From an uncultured bacterium (GTDB lineage Bacteria > Electryoneota > RPQS01): a stretch of 64,000 nt of DNA. The notes below the pieces were generated by a model, which ran no database searches, had not been told where the DNA came from, and was given only the letters and a program-made list of their open reading frames with translations. Below, one piece after another: positions 1-9,124 of this stretch (positions within the stretch are counted from its first letter, which is position 1; every line of letters starts with the position of its first letter). Location: contig CAVTJX010000016.1 of assembly GCA_963735175.1 (NCBI GenBank), positions 272,909 through 336,908 of the forward strand. The letters run 5' to 3'. A program made the translations under genes and the position numbers.

Positions 1-77
1 ACGGCGGGGTCCTGGTCTTGCTTGTGCGTGTGTCCTCACCCCCGGTAGACCCCGCGCGGCGGAGAGCAGACACGGAA

Positions 78-1378
78 TCACGCGTCTTTGATCACCGCAA
101 AGCCGCGATTTACAATGCCGCGCGCGCGGCCCGTCAGCGGCCAGCCCTTGAACGGGGTGTTGCGGGACTTGGAGCGGAAGGCCGCCGGATCTACCGTCCA
201 GGACGCCTGCGGGTCGATGATCGTCAGATTGGCCGTTTCGCCCACGGCGATCTTCGGCAGCGGTTGGGAGAGGATCTCGCGCGGGCCGTAGACCGTCCGC
301 TCGAGCAGAGCCGGCAGATCCAGCACCTTGGGCACCAGATGCGTCAGCGCGAGCCCGAGGGCCGTTTCCAGTCCCACCACGCCCATCGGCGCGAGGTCGA
401 ACTCCTGCATCTTGGTCTCCCACGAATGCGGCGCGTGGTCCGTGCAATAGGCGTCCAGCGTGCCGTCGGCGAGGCCCGCGAGGCAGGCCTGGCGGTCGGC
501 CTCAGTGCGCAGCGGCGGGCTCATTTTGAAATCGGTGTCGAAATCCTTGCAGTCGGCATCGGTCAAGAGCAGGTGATGCGGGCAGACCTCCGCCGTCACG
601 GGCAGCTTGCGCGTTTTGGCCCAGCGCACCCAGTTCACAGCTTCCGCCGTCGAAACGTGGCAGATGTGCACCGCCGCACCCGTGTATTCGGCCATGAGAA
701 TGCAGCGCATCACGTCGATGGCTTCGCTGACACTGGGAATCCCCGGCAGCCCGAGGCGCGTCGACCATTCGCTTTCGTTCATCACGCCGCCGGCGGAGAG
801 ATAGGGATCTTCGGCATGCTGAAAGACGCACGCGCCCAGCATGTGGGCGTACTCCATGGCGTGGCGCAGCACGGCGGTGTTCTCGATGGGCGGCCGTCGT
901 CGCTGAAGGCGCGCACGCCCAGTTCGACGAGTTCCGACATTTCGACCAGTTCCTTGCCGCCCCGACCGCGCGTGGCGGCGGCGACGACGTGGACATCGAC
1001 GGGCGAGCGCGAGGCGCGCTCCATCACCCACTGCACGCGGCCCATGTCGTCCAGCGGCGGTTCGGTGTTGGGCATGCAGGCGACGGCGGTGAAGCCGCCG
1101 TTCATCGCCGCCTGGCAGCCGCTTTCGATGGTCTCGGCGACTTCGCGGCCCGGCTCGCGCAGATGCACGTGCAGATCGAGCCAGCCGGGCGTGATGATGT
1201 GGCCGCGCAGGTCAAGCACGTCGGCGTCTGCGGACGCGGACGCGGCGAATTTGCCGTCGCGAATGTAAAGATCCTGCGCCTGGTCGAGGCCGTGGCGCGG
1301 ATCGAGCACGCGCGCCCCGGCCAACAGGAGGTCCTTGGCGGGTGTGGGCGCGGCGATATTGGAATAGGATTTTTTCAT
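78..1378 (-). CDS. pyrC: dihydroorotase (one apparent frameshift near 890)
   Basis: ORFs 782..1378 ([17 protein letters not shown]) and 78..~890 ([28 protein letters not shown]) join if one C is added to a C-run; ATGA overlap with pyrB. Confidence 0.95.
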
Positions 1379-2336
1379 GGGATCAGACTCGGGTTTCTGG
1401 CGGTCTGGGGCTGGGTGCCGCCGGCCAGCAGATAAAGGACGGCCATGCGCACGGCGACGCCGTTGGTGACCTGCTGCAGGATGACGGAATGGTCGCTGTC
1501 GGCGACGTCGCTGGTGATTTCCACGCCGCGGTTCATGGGGCCGGGATGGAGAATCGTCAGCGGCGCGCGACGCCTTGTCGAGCCGTTCGCGCGTCAGGCC
1601 GAAATACTTCTGATATTCGCGCAGCGAGGGGAAGAGACCAGCTCGTCTGCCGTTCGAGCTGGATGCGCAGGATGTTCAGCGCGTCGCAGCGTTGAATGGC
1701 CTCGTCAAGGTTGTGGGTGATGTCGAGGCCGAAGCGTTCCACGCCGCGCGGGATGAGCGTCGCCGGCCCGCAGAGCGTCACGTGCGCGCCCATCGTAATC
1801 AGGCCGATGATGTTCGAAACCGCGACGCGTGAATGACTGATGTCGCCGACGAGGCAGACTCTTAGTCCTTTCAGCGTGCCGAACTTCTCGCGCAGCGTCA
1901 TCATGTCCAGAAGCGCCTGCGTGGGGTGCTCGTGCGCGCCGTCGCCGGCGTTGATGATGATGGAATCGAGGTGCCGCGCCAGGAAATGCGGGCTGCCCGG
2001 CGACTTGTGGCGCATGACCACGACGTCGATCTTCATGGCCTCGATGTTCAGGGCCGTGTCCAGCAGCGTCTCGCCCTTGGAGAGGCTGCTGCCCGAGGCG
2101 CTGAAGTTCAGCGTGTCGGCGCTGAGGCGTTTCTCGGCCAGTTCGAAGCTGATGCGCGTGCGCGTCGAGGCCTCCATGAAGAGATTGACGACGGTGACGC
2201 CGCGCAGCGTAGGGACCTTCTTCACCGGCCGGTCGAGGATATCCTTCATCCGCGCCGCCGTGTCGAGAATCAGCGTGATATCCTGCTCGCTGTAGCCTTC
2301 GAGGCCGAGCATGTGTTTATGGGGCAGCAGGCTCAT
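1375..2336 (-). CDS. pyrB: aspartate carbamoyltransferase catalytic subunit (frameshift near 1640)
   Basis: [34 protein letters not shown]; C-terminal [13 protein letters not shown]...[13 protein letters not shown] in the shifted frame, ending at TGA 1375. Confidence 0.95.
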
Positions 2337-2884
2337 GAGGGTTCCACCTCCACCAGTAAGACACCGTCTTCGCCGTCGACTTCGGCCATGCGCACGCGCA
2401 CTTCTTCATTGATGCTGGTGGGCACGTTGCGGCCCACGAAGTCGGGCTTGATCGGCAATTCGCGGTGGCCGCGGTCCACCAGCACCGCCAGTTGCACGCG
2501 CCGCGGGCGGCCGATGTCCATGATCGCATCCATCGCGGCGCGCACGGTGCGGCCGGTGTACAAGACGTCGTCCACCAGCACCACGTTCAGGTCGTAGAGA
2601 TCGAAGGGAATCTCCGTCACCTGCACCTGCGGCTGCTTGAGGGCGGTGCGGTAATCGTCGCGGTACATGGTGGTGTCGAGGACGCCGACGGGCAACTGGA
2701 TGCCTTCGATCTCTTCGATCTTCTTCGCCAGCCGCTGGGCGAGGAAGACGCCGCGCGTCTGCATTCCGACAAAGCCGAGCTGCTCCGTGCCGCGATTGCG
2801 TTCGATGATTTCGTGCGCGAGACGCGTGATCGTGCGGTTGAATCCCGCCGCGTCGACGAGCACCGATTTGATTTTATAGTCCAT
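2333..2884 (-). CDS. pyrR: bifunctional pyr operon regulator / uracil phosphoribosyltransferase
   Basis: [49 protein letters not shown]; first gene of pyrR-B-C. Confidence 0.97.
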   Translation of the reverse strand: MDYKIKSVLVDAAGFNRTITRLAHEIIERNRGTEQLGFVGMQTRGVFLAQRLAKKIEEIEGIQLPVGVLDTTMYRDDYRTALKQPQVQVTEIPFDLYDLNVVLVDDVLYTGRTVRAAMDAIMDIGRPRRVQLAVLVDRGHRELPIKPDFVGRNVPTSINEEVRVRMAEVDGEDGVLLVEVEPS

Positions 2885-2940
2885 AGGGGTATATTATAGG
2901 TTTAGGAAAGAGTCGGGATATCCGATCAGCGACGATGATC

Positions 2941-3010
2941 TCGCCGTGGCAGCCTTCAAGGCCGCCATGACACTGGATCCATCGTGGGCTTGAAACCCGC
3001 GACGGCGGAG
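2941..3010. repeat. pair of palindromic REP-like units (CCGCCGT-stem-loop-ATG family)
   Basis: units CATGGCGGCCTTGAAGGCTGCCACGGCG (minus) and CATCGTGGGCTTGAAACCCGCGACGGCGG (plus) resemble two units at 17825-17895. Confidence 0.6.
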
Positions 3011-3057
3011 CTCCGCGCGGCGGATCATGCCCACTATCGGCGAGCGTGCGTTCAGGA

Positions 3058-3150
3058 CAGAGAAAATCCCGCCCCGCACCCGGGGAGGGATTCTGAAGGA
3101 ATCGGTTCATGGGACGGCCCTTCCTGTTCTCTCATGGAACGGATTAAAGG
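3058..3150 (-). promoter_or_regulatory. PyrR-binding RNA element and attenuator terminator
   Basis: minus strand CCTTTAATCCGTTCCATGAGAGAACAGGAAGG resembles the PyrR site (CUUUAA...GUCCxGAGAG); followed by hairpin AATCCCTCCCCG-GGTG-CGGGGCGGGATT plus TTCTCT; upstream of pyrR. Confidence 0.8.
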
Positions 3151-3172
3151 GTTAGATGAAATGGGGTAGAAA

Positions 3173-3493
3173 CTATTGCTGGAGCGTGACGACGAGGAAA
3201 AACCCTGCCGATGTGTTTGCCGTCGTTAGACCCCGCGCGGCGATTATGTCGCGAAAGCGAGCAAACGATGGCGGATTAATCGCCGGATGGCGGTTCGGCT
3301 TCTTCCACCCCAACGGGAAATAGAGAATGCCGAAATAGATGACCGCGAAGATCCCGAAGAAGTAGATCGCATAGTGAACCGGGTGCGCCGCCCGGTCAAC
3401 GCCCGTCAGCGTCGTAAGGTACGAGGTGGACAGCATCGCCACGAGCGCCGCCAGCAGCGTTCGACCCGTGTTGCGTTTGCGCATGTTATGCAT
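3173..3493 (-). CDS. small hypothetical membrane protein
   Basis: two hydrophobic segments (TLLAALVAMLSTSYLTTL; YAIYFFGIFAVIYFGILYFPLGW); fills the intergenic gap; C-terminal boundary uncertain. Confidence 0.5.
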   Translation of the reverse strand: MHNMRKRNTGRTLLAALVAMLSTSYLTTLTGVDRAAHPVHYAIYFFGIFAVIYFGILYFPLGWKKPNRHPAINPPSFARFRDIIAARGLTTANTSAGFFLVVTLQQ

Positions 3494-3551
3494 GACGTCG
3501 GATGACGGCCGGAGGCCGCCGCTAGTAACGGGAAGAATTCTGCGGAGGAAT

Positions 3552-3576
3552 GCAACGGGTTAGAGCCCGTTGCCCA
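3552..3576. repeat. single REP-like palindrome (same family as 5152-5217)
   Basis: GCAACGGGTTAGAGCCCGTTGCCCA versus GCAACGGGACGGAGCCCGTTGCCTA. Confidence 0.7.
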
Positions 3577-3586
3577 GGAATAGTGT

Positions 3587-3886
3587 TTACAGCATCCCCA
3601 GGCGCATGCGGGCTTCGTCGCTCATCATGTCGATGGACCACGGGGGGTCGAAGATCAGCTCGACATTGGCGTCGGTGATGCCGTCGACTTCGAGGATGGC
3701 GCGGCGCGCCATTTCGGTGATCGAACCGGCCATCGGGCAGCCCATCGTCGTCAGCGTCATCTTCACTTCGGCTTTCGTGCCGTCCACCTGCACGTCATAG
3801 ACGAGGCCGAGATCGGTCACGGGCAGCGCGAGTTCGGGATCGTAGACCTTGGCCAGCGCGTTATAGACATCTTCAATCGTTGCCAT
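3587..3886 (-). CDS. DUF59 / SufT-like metal-sulfur cluster assembly factor
   Basis: VYDPEL...DLGLVY...MTLTTMGCPMA...FDPPWS motif set. Confidence 0.92.
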   Translation of the reverse strand: MATIEDVYNALAKVYDPELALPVTDLGLVYDVQVDGTKAEVKMTLTTMGCPMAGSITEMARRAILEVDGITDANVELIFDPPWSIDMMSDEARMRLGML

Positions 3887-3906
3887 GGGGAATCCGGTTA
3901 ATACAC

Positions 3907-3931
3907 GGGCGGGTCTCAGACCCGCCCCTAC
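3907..3931 (-). repeat. GTAG-family REP palindrome
   Basis: minus strand GTAGGGGCGGGTCTGAGACCCGCCC: GTAG tetranucleotide plus hairpin, intergenic. Confidence 0.7.
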
Positions 3932-3940
3932 AGTACAAAA

Positions 3941-5022
3941 TTACGACACGGTCAGTCCGAGGCGGTCGCTGATTTGCGTGGCCAGCGATTCGTAAGAGGC
4001 GCGAAAGCTGCGGATCGGCCTCGATGGCGGAGGTCGGATCGCCACGGTCGGACGCCTCGACCAGCGCGGGCACCAGCGGAATCCGCGCCAGCAGCGGCAC
4101 ACCCAGCGCCCGCGCTTCACGCTCCGCCCCGCCCGTGCCGAAAATGTAGGTGGTCTCGTTGCAATGCGGGCAGGTGAAACCGGACATATTCTCGACAATG
4201 CCCAGAATGGGCACGTTCATCTTTTCAAACATCGCCACGCCCTTGCGCGCGTCGATGAGCGCGAGGTCCTGCGGCGTGGAGACGATCACCGCGCCGTCGA
4301 GCTCGACCTTCTGCGAGAGCGTCATCTGCGCGTCGCCCGTGCCCGGCGGCAAATCGACAATCAGAATATCCAGCTCGCCCCATTCGACGTCGCGCAGAAA
4401 TTGCTCGGTGGCCTGATGCACCATCGGCCCGCGCCAGATCATCGGCGTACCGGGATCGACCAGGAAACCCATCGACATCAGTTTCATGCCGCATGCGGTC
4501 GAGGGGCTGAATTTTATTGTCGATCACCTTCGGCGTTTCGCGCAGACCCATGATCGTGGGCACGCTGGGGCCGTAGATATCAAAGTCCACGAGACCGACG
4601 CGGAAGCCGCGCTTCTGCAGCATCAGCGCGAGGCCCGCGGCTACGGTGCTCTTCCCCACTCCGCCCTTGCCCGACGCCACGGCAATTTTTAGACGCACGC
4701 CCGGCAGCAACGGCTCCGTCGAGGGCGGCGAACCGTGCGGCGCGTGTTGCGGCGGCGCATCCGGCTGCGACCAATTCATGTCCACATGGACTTCGCGCAC
4801 ACCGGCGAGCGTACTCAGCGCGCTGCTGATGTCGTTCTCGATGGTGACGGGCACGTTGGGATCTTTGGACGAGAGCTTCACCTGCACATGCACGACGCCA
4901 TTCTGAATTTCCACGCCCTTAATCAATCCGAAGGACACAATGTCCCGCGAGAGCTTCGGGAATTTCACGGTTTTCAGCGTTTCGAGGATCTGTTCCTGCG
5001 TAAGAGTGGGGGACGCGGACAA
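3941..5022 (-). CDS. apbC: Mrp/NBP35 (ApbC) Fe-S cluster carrier ATPase (frameshifts near 4497 and 4005)
   Basis: N-terminal DUF59-like [52 protein letters not shown]; probable TTG start at 5022. Confidence 0.92.
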
Positions 5023-5053
5023 CGGCAGCTTCTCCGGATGATCAAATTGCGCT

Positions 5054-5082
5054 AATATACCGATAATTCTGCTTCGAGTCAA
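5054..5082 (-). promoter_or_regulatory. sigma70-type promoter for mrp/apbC
   Basis: TTGACT-N17-TATATT on the minus strand, about 30 nt upstream of the start. Confidence 0.7.
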
Positions 5083-5151
5083 GGCACCTGCATCATCGTA
5101 AGCGCCTGTTAACGAATAGGGTAAGGAAACACCACGCAGCATCCTCGCACG

Positions 5152-5217
5152 CTTAGGCGGCGGGCTCTGTCCCGCCGCATACACAGGGCGCGCAACGGGA
5201 CGGAGCCCGTTGCCTAA
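5152..5217. repeat. REPIN-like doublet of inverted REP palindromes
   Basis: TAGGCGGCGGGCTCTGTCCCGCCGC, spacer, GCAACGGGACGGAGCCCGTTGCCTA; near-identical copy at 18923-18990. Confidence 0.85.
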
Positions 5218-5250
5218 CCGGACCATGATACGCCATGTATTTTACGCAGC

Positions 5251-5721
5251 TTATTTATGGTACGGCAGTCCCTTCCAGAGGGATAGCGCTCTATAGAGTT
5301 GCTCGGCTAAGACGAGGCGGGCCAGCTCGTGGGGGAAGGTCATAGGCGAGAGGCTGAGTTTCAGATCGGCCTTCTCGGTGATCGCTGCGCCTAGCCCCCA
5401 GGCGCCGCCAATCACGAAACTCAAACGCGGCACGGAGGCGTTCATCTGGTCCTGCAGCCATTGGGCAAACTGCTCCGTGGTCATGCTTTTCCCTGTGGAA
5501 TCGAGGGCGACCACGCGTCCGTTGCCGAGTTTGGCTTCGATAGCGGCGGCTTCGCGGGCAATCGCACCCTTGCCCTGACCGTTTGTGCTCTCGCCGGTAC
5601 CGGTCGAGACTTCAATCTGCTCGATGGGCAGAAAGTGGCGGATGCGGGACAGGTATTCGTCCACCCCGGCGCGATAGTAAGGCTCGCGCAATTTGCCGAC
5701 GGCGACAATCACAAGGTTCAT
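5251..5721 (-). CDS. rlmH: 23S rRNA pseudouridine1915-N3 methyltransferase
   Basis: IVAVGKL, FVIGGAWG, LSLSPMTFPHELARLVLAEQLYRA...GLPYHK. Confidence 0.96.
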   Translation of the reverse strand: MNLVIVAVGKLREPYYRAGVDEYLSRIRHFLPIEQIEVSTGTGESTNGQGKGAIAREAAAIEAKLGNGRVVALDSTGKSMTTEQFAQWLQDQMNASVPRLSFVIGGAWGLGAAITEKADLKLSLSPMTFPHELARLVLAEQLYRALSLWKGLPYHK

Positions 5722-5736
5722 GATAAGCAAGAGGGG

Positions 5737-6480
5737 TCAATTTTCCCGCAGGTGCGCGCCATAATAATAGGCATCCCAGCAGGCGCGGCGGGTAGTGTAT
5801 TTACGCGGATGCAGCAAAAATCGAATGAGAAACGCGAGGAACGACGACCAGCGGATGAGCCGGAATTTGCGCGTGCTGGTGTCGATGGGCGCGCGCAGCA
5901 GAATCCGAATGCGCTGCCGGCGAAGTCTGGCCGCGGCCCGGATCCGCCGGGCAAGATCGACGTCTTCGAGCGCATAGAGCCGCTCGTCAAAGCCGCCCAG
6001 GGCCACAAAATCCGCGCGGCGCAGGATGAACATTCCCGCCGGCAAACGGCAGAGCACACTGATCAGATTCACGCCGAAAAACGCGGGCAGATACCACCAC
6101 CGCATCTCCGACGACCAGAAGCCGCAGCCCAGAGCGAACGTCCGGTCATCGAGCCGCCGCTCGATCCGCGTGAAGATGGCGGGATGCGGGCGGCTGTCGG
6201 CGTCGCAGGTGATGAGAATCTCGCCCGTGGCCGCGCGCGCTCCCCGGTTCCGCACGCGGGCGATCTGGCGGCGCGGCTCATTCACCACCGTCGCGCCCCA
6301 TTCCCGCGCGATTTCCGCCGTGCAGTCGGTGGAGGCATTGTCGACCACAATGAATTCCAGGCCGCCGATACCACCTGCTTCATGATAGCGCCCGGCGGCT
6401 ACGCGAAACGCCGCCAGTGTCTGCGGCAGTTCGAAAGCTTCGTTGTAGGCGGGAATAATGATGCTATAGCGAGGTGACAT
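5737..6480 (-). CDS. glycosyltransferase family 2
   Basis: SIIIPAYNE, IVVDNASTD, RNRGA, DADS, GGFDE...EDVDL. Confidence 0.9.
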   Translation of the reverse strand: MSPRYSIIIPAYNEAFELPQTLAAFRVAAGRYHEAGGIGGLEFIVVDNASTDCTAEIAREWGATVVNEPRRQIARVRNRGARAATGEILITCDADSRPHPAIFTRIERRLDDRTFALGCGFWSSEMRWWYLPAFFGVNLISVLCRLPAGMFILRRADFVALGGFDERLYALEDVDLARRIRAAARLRRQRIRILLRAPIDTSTRKFRLIRWSSFLAFLIRFLLHPRKYTTRRACWDAYYYGAHLREN

Positions 6481-6624
6481 CGTCTCATACTGCCGGCGGA
6501 GACGTGCCGGACGTTGGATTCGGACTGGGATTCATCATGCGAGTGCTACCTCTTGGACGCACAACCGGGAAGATAGGGTCCCTGAGACCCAAATGCAACC
6601 ATTATTCGGGCCGAACATTGCCGC

Positions 6625-6653
6625 TTGCATTTTCCGCATGCTTGCCTTATCTT
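6625..6653 (+). promoter_or_regulatory. sigma70-type promoter for the envC-holB-ricT-metG run
   Basis: TTGCAT-N17-TATCTT, 27 nt upstream of ATG 6681. Confidence 0.65.
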
Positions 6654-6680
6654 TTTGATTTAGCAATCTTTATCGGCCCT

Positions 6681-7904
6681 ATGCACGCAACTGTCGGGAT
6701 TACAATATTTTGCCTCATCATCGTGGGGGGGTCCGGCAGAGCCGAAACTCCATCGAGTGATCCCCGGCAGTTACTGGATTCCCTCCGGCGGGAGCTTTTG
6801 CAGGTCGAGAGGGAGTTAGAGACAGGGCAGAGTTCGGAGCGGGATGCGCTTTCGGATCTGGACGCAGCCGAGCGGCAGACCGCCCTGCTGGAACAGTTGA
6901 TCCGCACGCAACAGGGCCAGGCGCGGATCGCCACAGACAGCGTTATGACCCTCGAACGCGAGCTGGATCTGAGCGAACAGCACCTGGCGCAACTGGGCGT
7001 CAGCCTGCTGGATCTGGAGGACGACCAAGCCCAACTCGAGCAGTCTCTGGCGCGGGTGCTTCTGGCGGAGCGGCGTCTGTCGGCCTGGACCTCGCTGGAG
7101 TTCTTGCTCGGCTCGCGCTCCTGGCGCGAATTATTAGCGCGGCGCGTCGTTCTGGCGCGATTGCAACGAACGGAACGCCGGGCCCTATCCGCATTGGGGG
7201 CGGCGGTGGACACGTTGCAGGAGGTCGAAAGCGACGTTTTTCAGCGGACTCAGGAATTGCGCGCGCAGCGCCAGGCACTGCTGATACAACAGCAGCGGGC
7301 GTCCGGGATCGAGGTTTCTTTGCAGGCGGATGTCGCCGCTTTGGCGGCCCGGAAAACCGCTGACAAAGCCCGCTTGAAGCGCATCCGCAAAGACCAGAAA
7401 TTTTTATCGGCGCGGCAGCTGGAGCTGAGGCAGGCTGAGGACGCGATTCAGGAGCTGATCGCCCGTGGCGCTCGCGGCGAACCGCTGGCGGGAATGCCGC
7501 TGGTCACGCAGAAAGGCCGCTTGCCATGGCCGTGCGCCGGCCGCCTGGCACAGGGATTCGGCCTTGTGAAAAACCGCGAAACGGAAACGCAAACCGACAA
7601 TCCGGGCATCGATATTAGCACCGCCTCCGGCGCGGAAGTCAGCGCGGTTTCCGACGGCCGCGTCTCTTCCATCACGTGGCTGCGCGGTTACGGCAACGTG
7701 TGCATTCTCGAACATCCGGGGGCGTTCTTCACGGTCTACGCCAAGCTGGGGCAGATCGTGGTCCAATCCAACGATACCATTAAGGCAGGCGCGGTCCTTG
7801 GTTACGCCGGCTATGACGCGGCCGCCGAGGATCACCGGGTACATTTCGAATTATGGTCAGGAAAAGAGAAGAAGAATCCTCTGGAGTGGCTCGCGCCGCG
7901 TTGA
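6681..7904 (+). CDS. envC: EnvC-like murein hydrolase activator (coiled coil plus M23/LytM domain)
   Basis: signal peptide, long coiled coil, KGRLPWP, NPGIDI, GYGNVCILEH, HFELW...NPLEWL; NxGxD in place of HxGxD indicates a degenerate LytM site. Confidence 0.85.
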   Translation: MHATVGITIFCLIIVGGSGRAETPSSDPRQLLDSLRRELLQVERELETGQSSERDALSDLDAAERQTALLEQLIRTQQGQARIATDSVMTLERELDLSEQHLAQLGVSLLDLEDDQAQLEQSLARVLLAERRLSAWTSLEFLLGSRSWRELLARRVVLARLQRTERRALSALGAAVDTLQEVESDVFQRTQELRAQRQALLIQQQRASGIEVSLQADVAALAARKTADKARLKRIRKDQKFLSARQLELRQAEDAIQELIARGARGEPLAGMPLVTQKGRLPWPCAGRLAQGFGLVKNRETETQTDNPGIDISTASGAEVSAVSDGRVSSITWLRGYGNVCILEHPGAFFTVYAKLGQIVVQSNDTIKAGAVLGYAGYDAAAEDHRVHFELWSGKEKKNPLEWLAPR

Positions 7905-9124
7905 ACCGCCTACACTGGCAGCAGGTGGTGGGACAAACCCGATTGCGCACACAACTGGCCGACAGTCTGCGCGCGAGCCGGGCTGCGCACGCCAGTCTCT
8001 TCGCCGGGCCGTCGGGCGTGGGGAAGGCGGCGGTGGCGCTGGAATACGCCGCCCTGCTGCTGTGCGAACGTGACGGGCTCGCGCCCTGCGGCGAGTGTCC
8101 GCAATGCCACGCAACGGCCCGCCTCGAGCATCCGGATTTACATCTGATCTTCCCGCTTCCATCCACCGCCAAGAAGGCCGGTGAACGCGAAAACGGCATA
8201 GGCAGTTCCACGGATGAGGACCCATCCATCGCCGTTGCCGAACGTGTCACGCAGCTCACGGCGGCCCTCGCCCGTGATCCCTACACGCCCGTGGTGCTGC
8301 CCAAGGGCAAGCGGCAGAAGGACGATCCCAAGACCAAGAACGAACCGCAGTCGATCCGCATCGAGCAGATCCGCAGTGTGCTGCGCTGGGCGGCGTTGAA
8401 GCCCTTCAGCGCGCCCCGCAAAGTATTTTTGATTTTTCAGGCGGATACGATGAATCACGCGGCGCAAAACGCGCTGCTGAAAGCGCTCGAAGAGCCTTCA
8501 CCCGAAGCCTATTTTCTGTTGATCGCCGAAAACGAACCGCTTTTGCTGCCGACGATTCGCTCACGTTGCCAGGGCTTGCGTCTGGCGCCATTGCCTCGCG
8601 ATGAAATTCGCGCGGCATTGATCGCGGGCGGCATCAGCCCGGAGCGCGCCGACGCGGCGGCGGCCCTCTGCGGCGGCCGGCTGGTGCGGGCGCGGGAAAT
8701 GGCCGGCAGTGATTTGCCTAAGCTGCAAGAACATGTGATCGCCTACTTGCGCGCGGCCGCCAAATGTGATCCGGCGATGATCATGGACACCACATCCAAA
8801 TTGATGGACATGGGCGATCAGCCCGGTGAGACCGCGCTCGAAATGCTCGGCCTCTTTTTACGCGATGTGTCCATATCCCGCGCCGGAAATGAAGCCGCCA
8901 CTATCCTGACGTTCGCTGAATTTACGGAGCCGATGGCGCGGTTGCTGAACTCGTATCCCGCGGCGGACTTTGAAACCGCGGCCCGACTCGTGGACCAGTC
9001 CGCCAATTACTTAACGCGGGGCTATACGCAGGACCTGGTGATGTACGCGCTGGCCATTCGGCTGCACGCGGCACTCGGTCCGTTAGTCCCCACTAAACCC
9101 AAACCCCAGGTCCGGCATGCTTGA
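7901..9124 (+). CDS. holB: DNA polymerase III subunit delta-prime
   Basis: HASLFAGPSGVGK, zinc motif LLC..PCGECPQC, HPDL, AQNALLKALEEP, LLPTIRSRCQ; TTGA overlap with envC. Confidence 0.92.
   Translation: MNRLHWQQVVGQTRLRTQLADSLRASRAAHASLFAGPSGVGKAAVALEYAALLLCERDGLAPCGECPQCHATARLEHPDLHLIFPLPSTAKKAGERENGIGSSTDEDPSIAVAERVTQLTAALARDPYTPVVLPKGKRQKDDPKTKNEPQSIRIEQIRSVLRWAALKPFSAPRKVFLIFQADTMNHAAQNALLKALEEPSPEAYFLLIAENEPLLLPTIRSRCQGLRLAPLPRDEIRAALIAGGISPERADAAAALCGGRLVRAREMAGSDLPKLQEHVIAYLRAAAKCDPAMIMDTTSKLMDMGDQPGETALEMLGLFLRDVSISRAGNEAATILTFAEFTEPMARLLNSYPAADFETAARLVDQSANYLTRGYTQDLVMYALAIRLHAALGPLVPTKPKPQVRHA

Noticed and set aside
2874-3110. Possible leader peptide or small ORFs upstream of pyrR
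   Set aside because: They run through the terminator and REP-like palindromes and show no recognisable protein features.
6487-6538. Mini-ORF MMNPSPNPTSGTSPPAV just upstream of the GT2 gene
   Set aside because: One extra base would make it the true N-terminus of the glycosyltransferase; it cannot be supported as a separate peptide.
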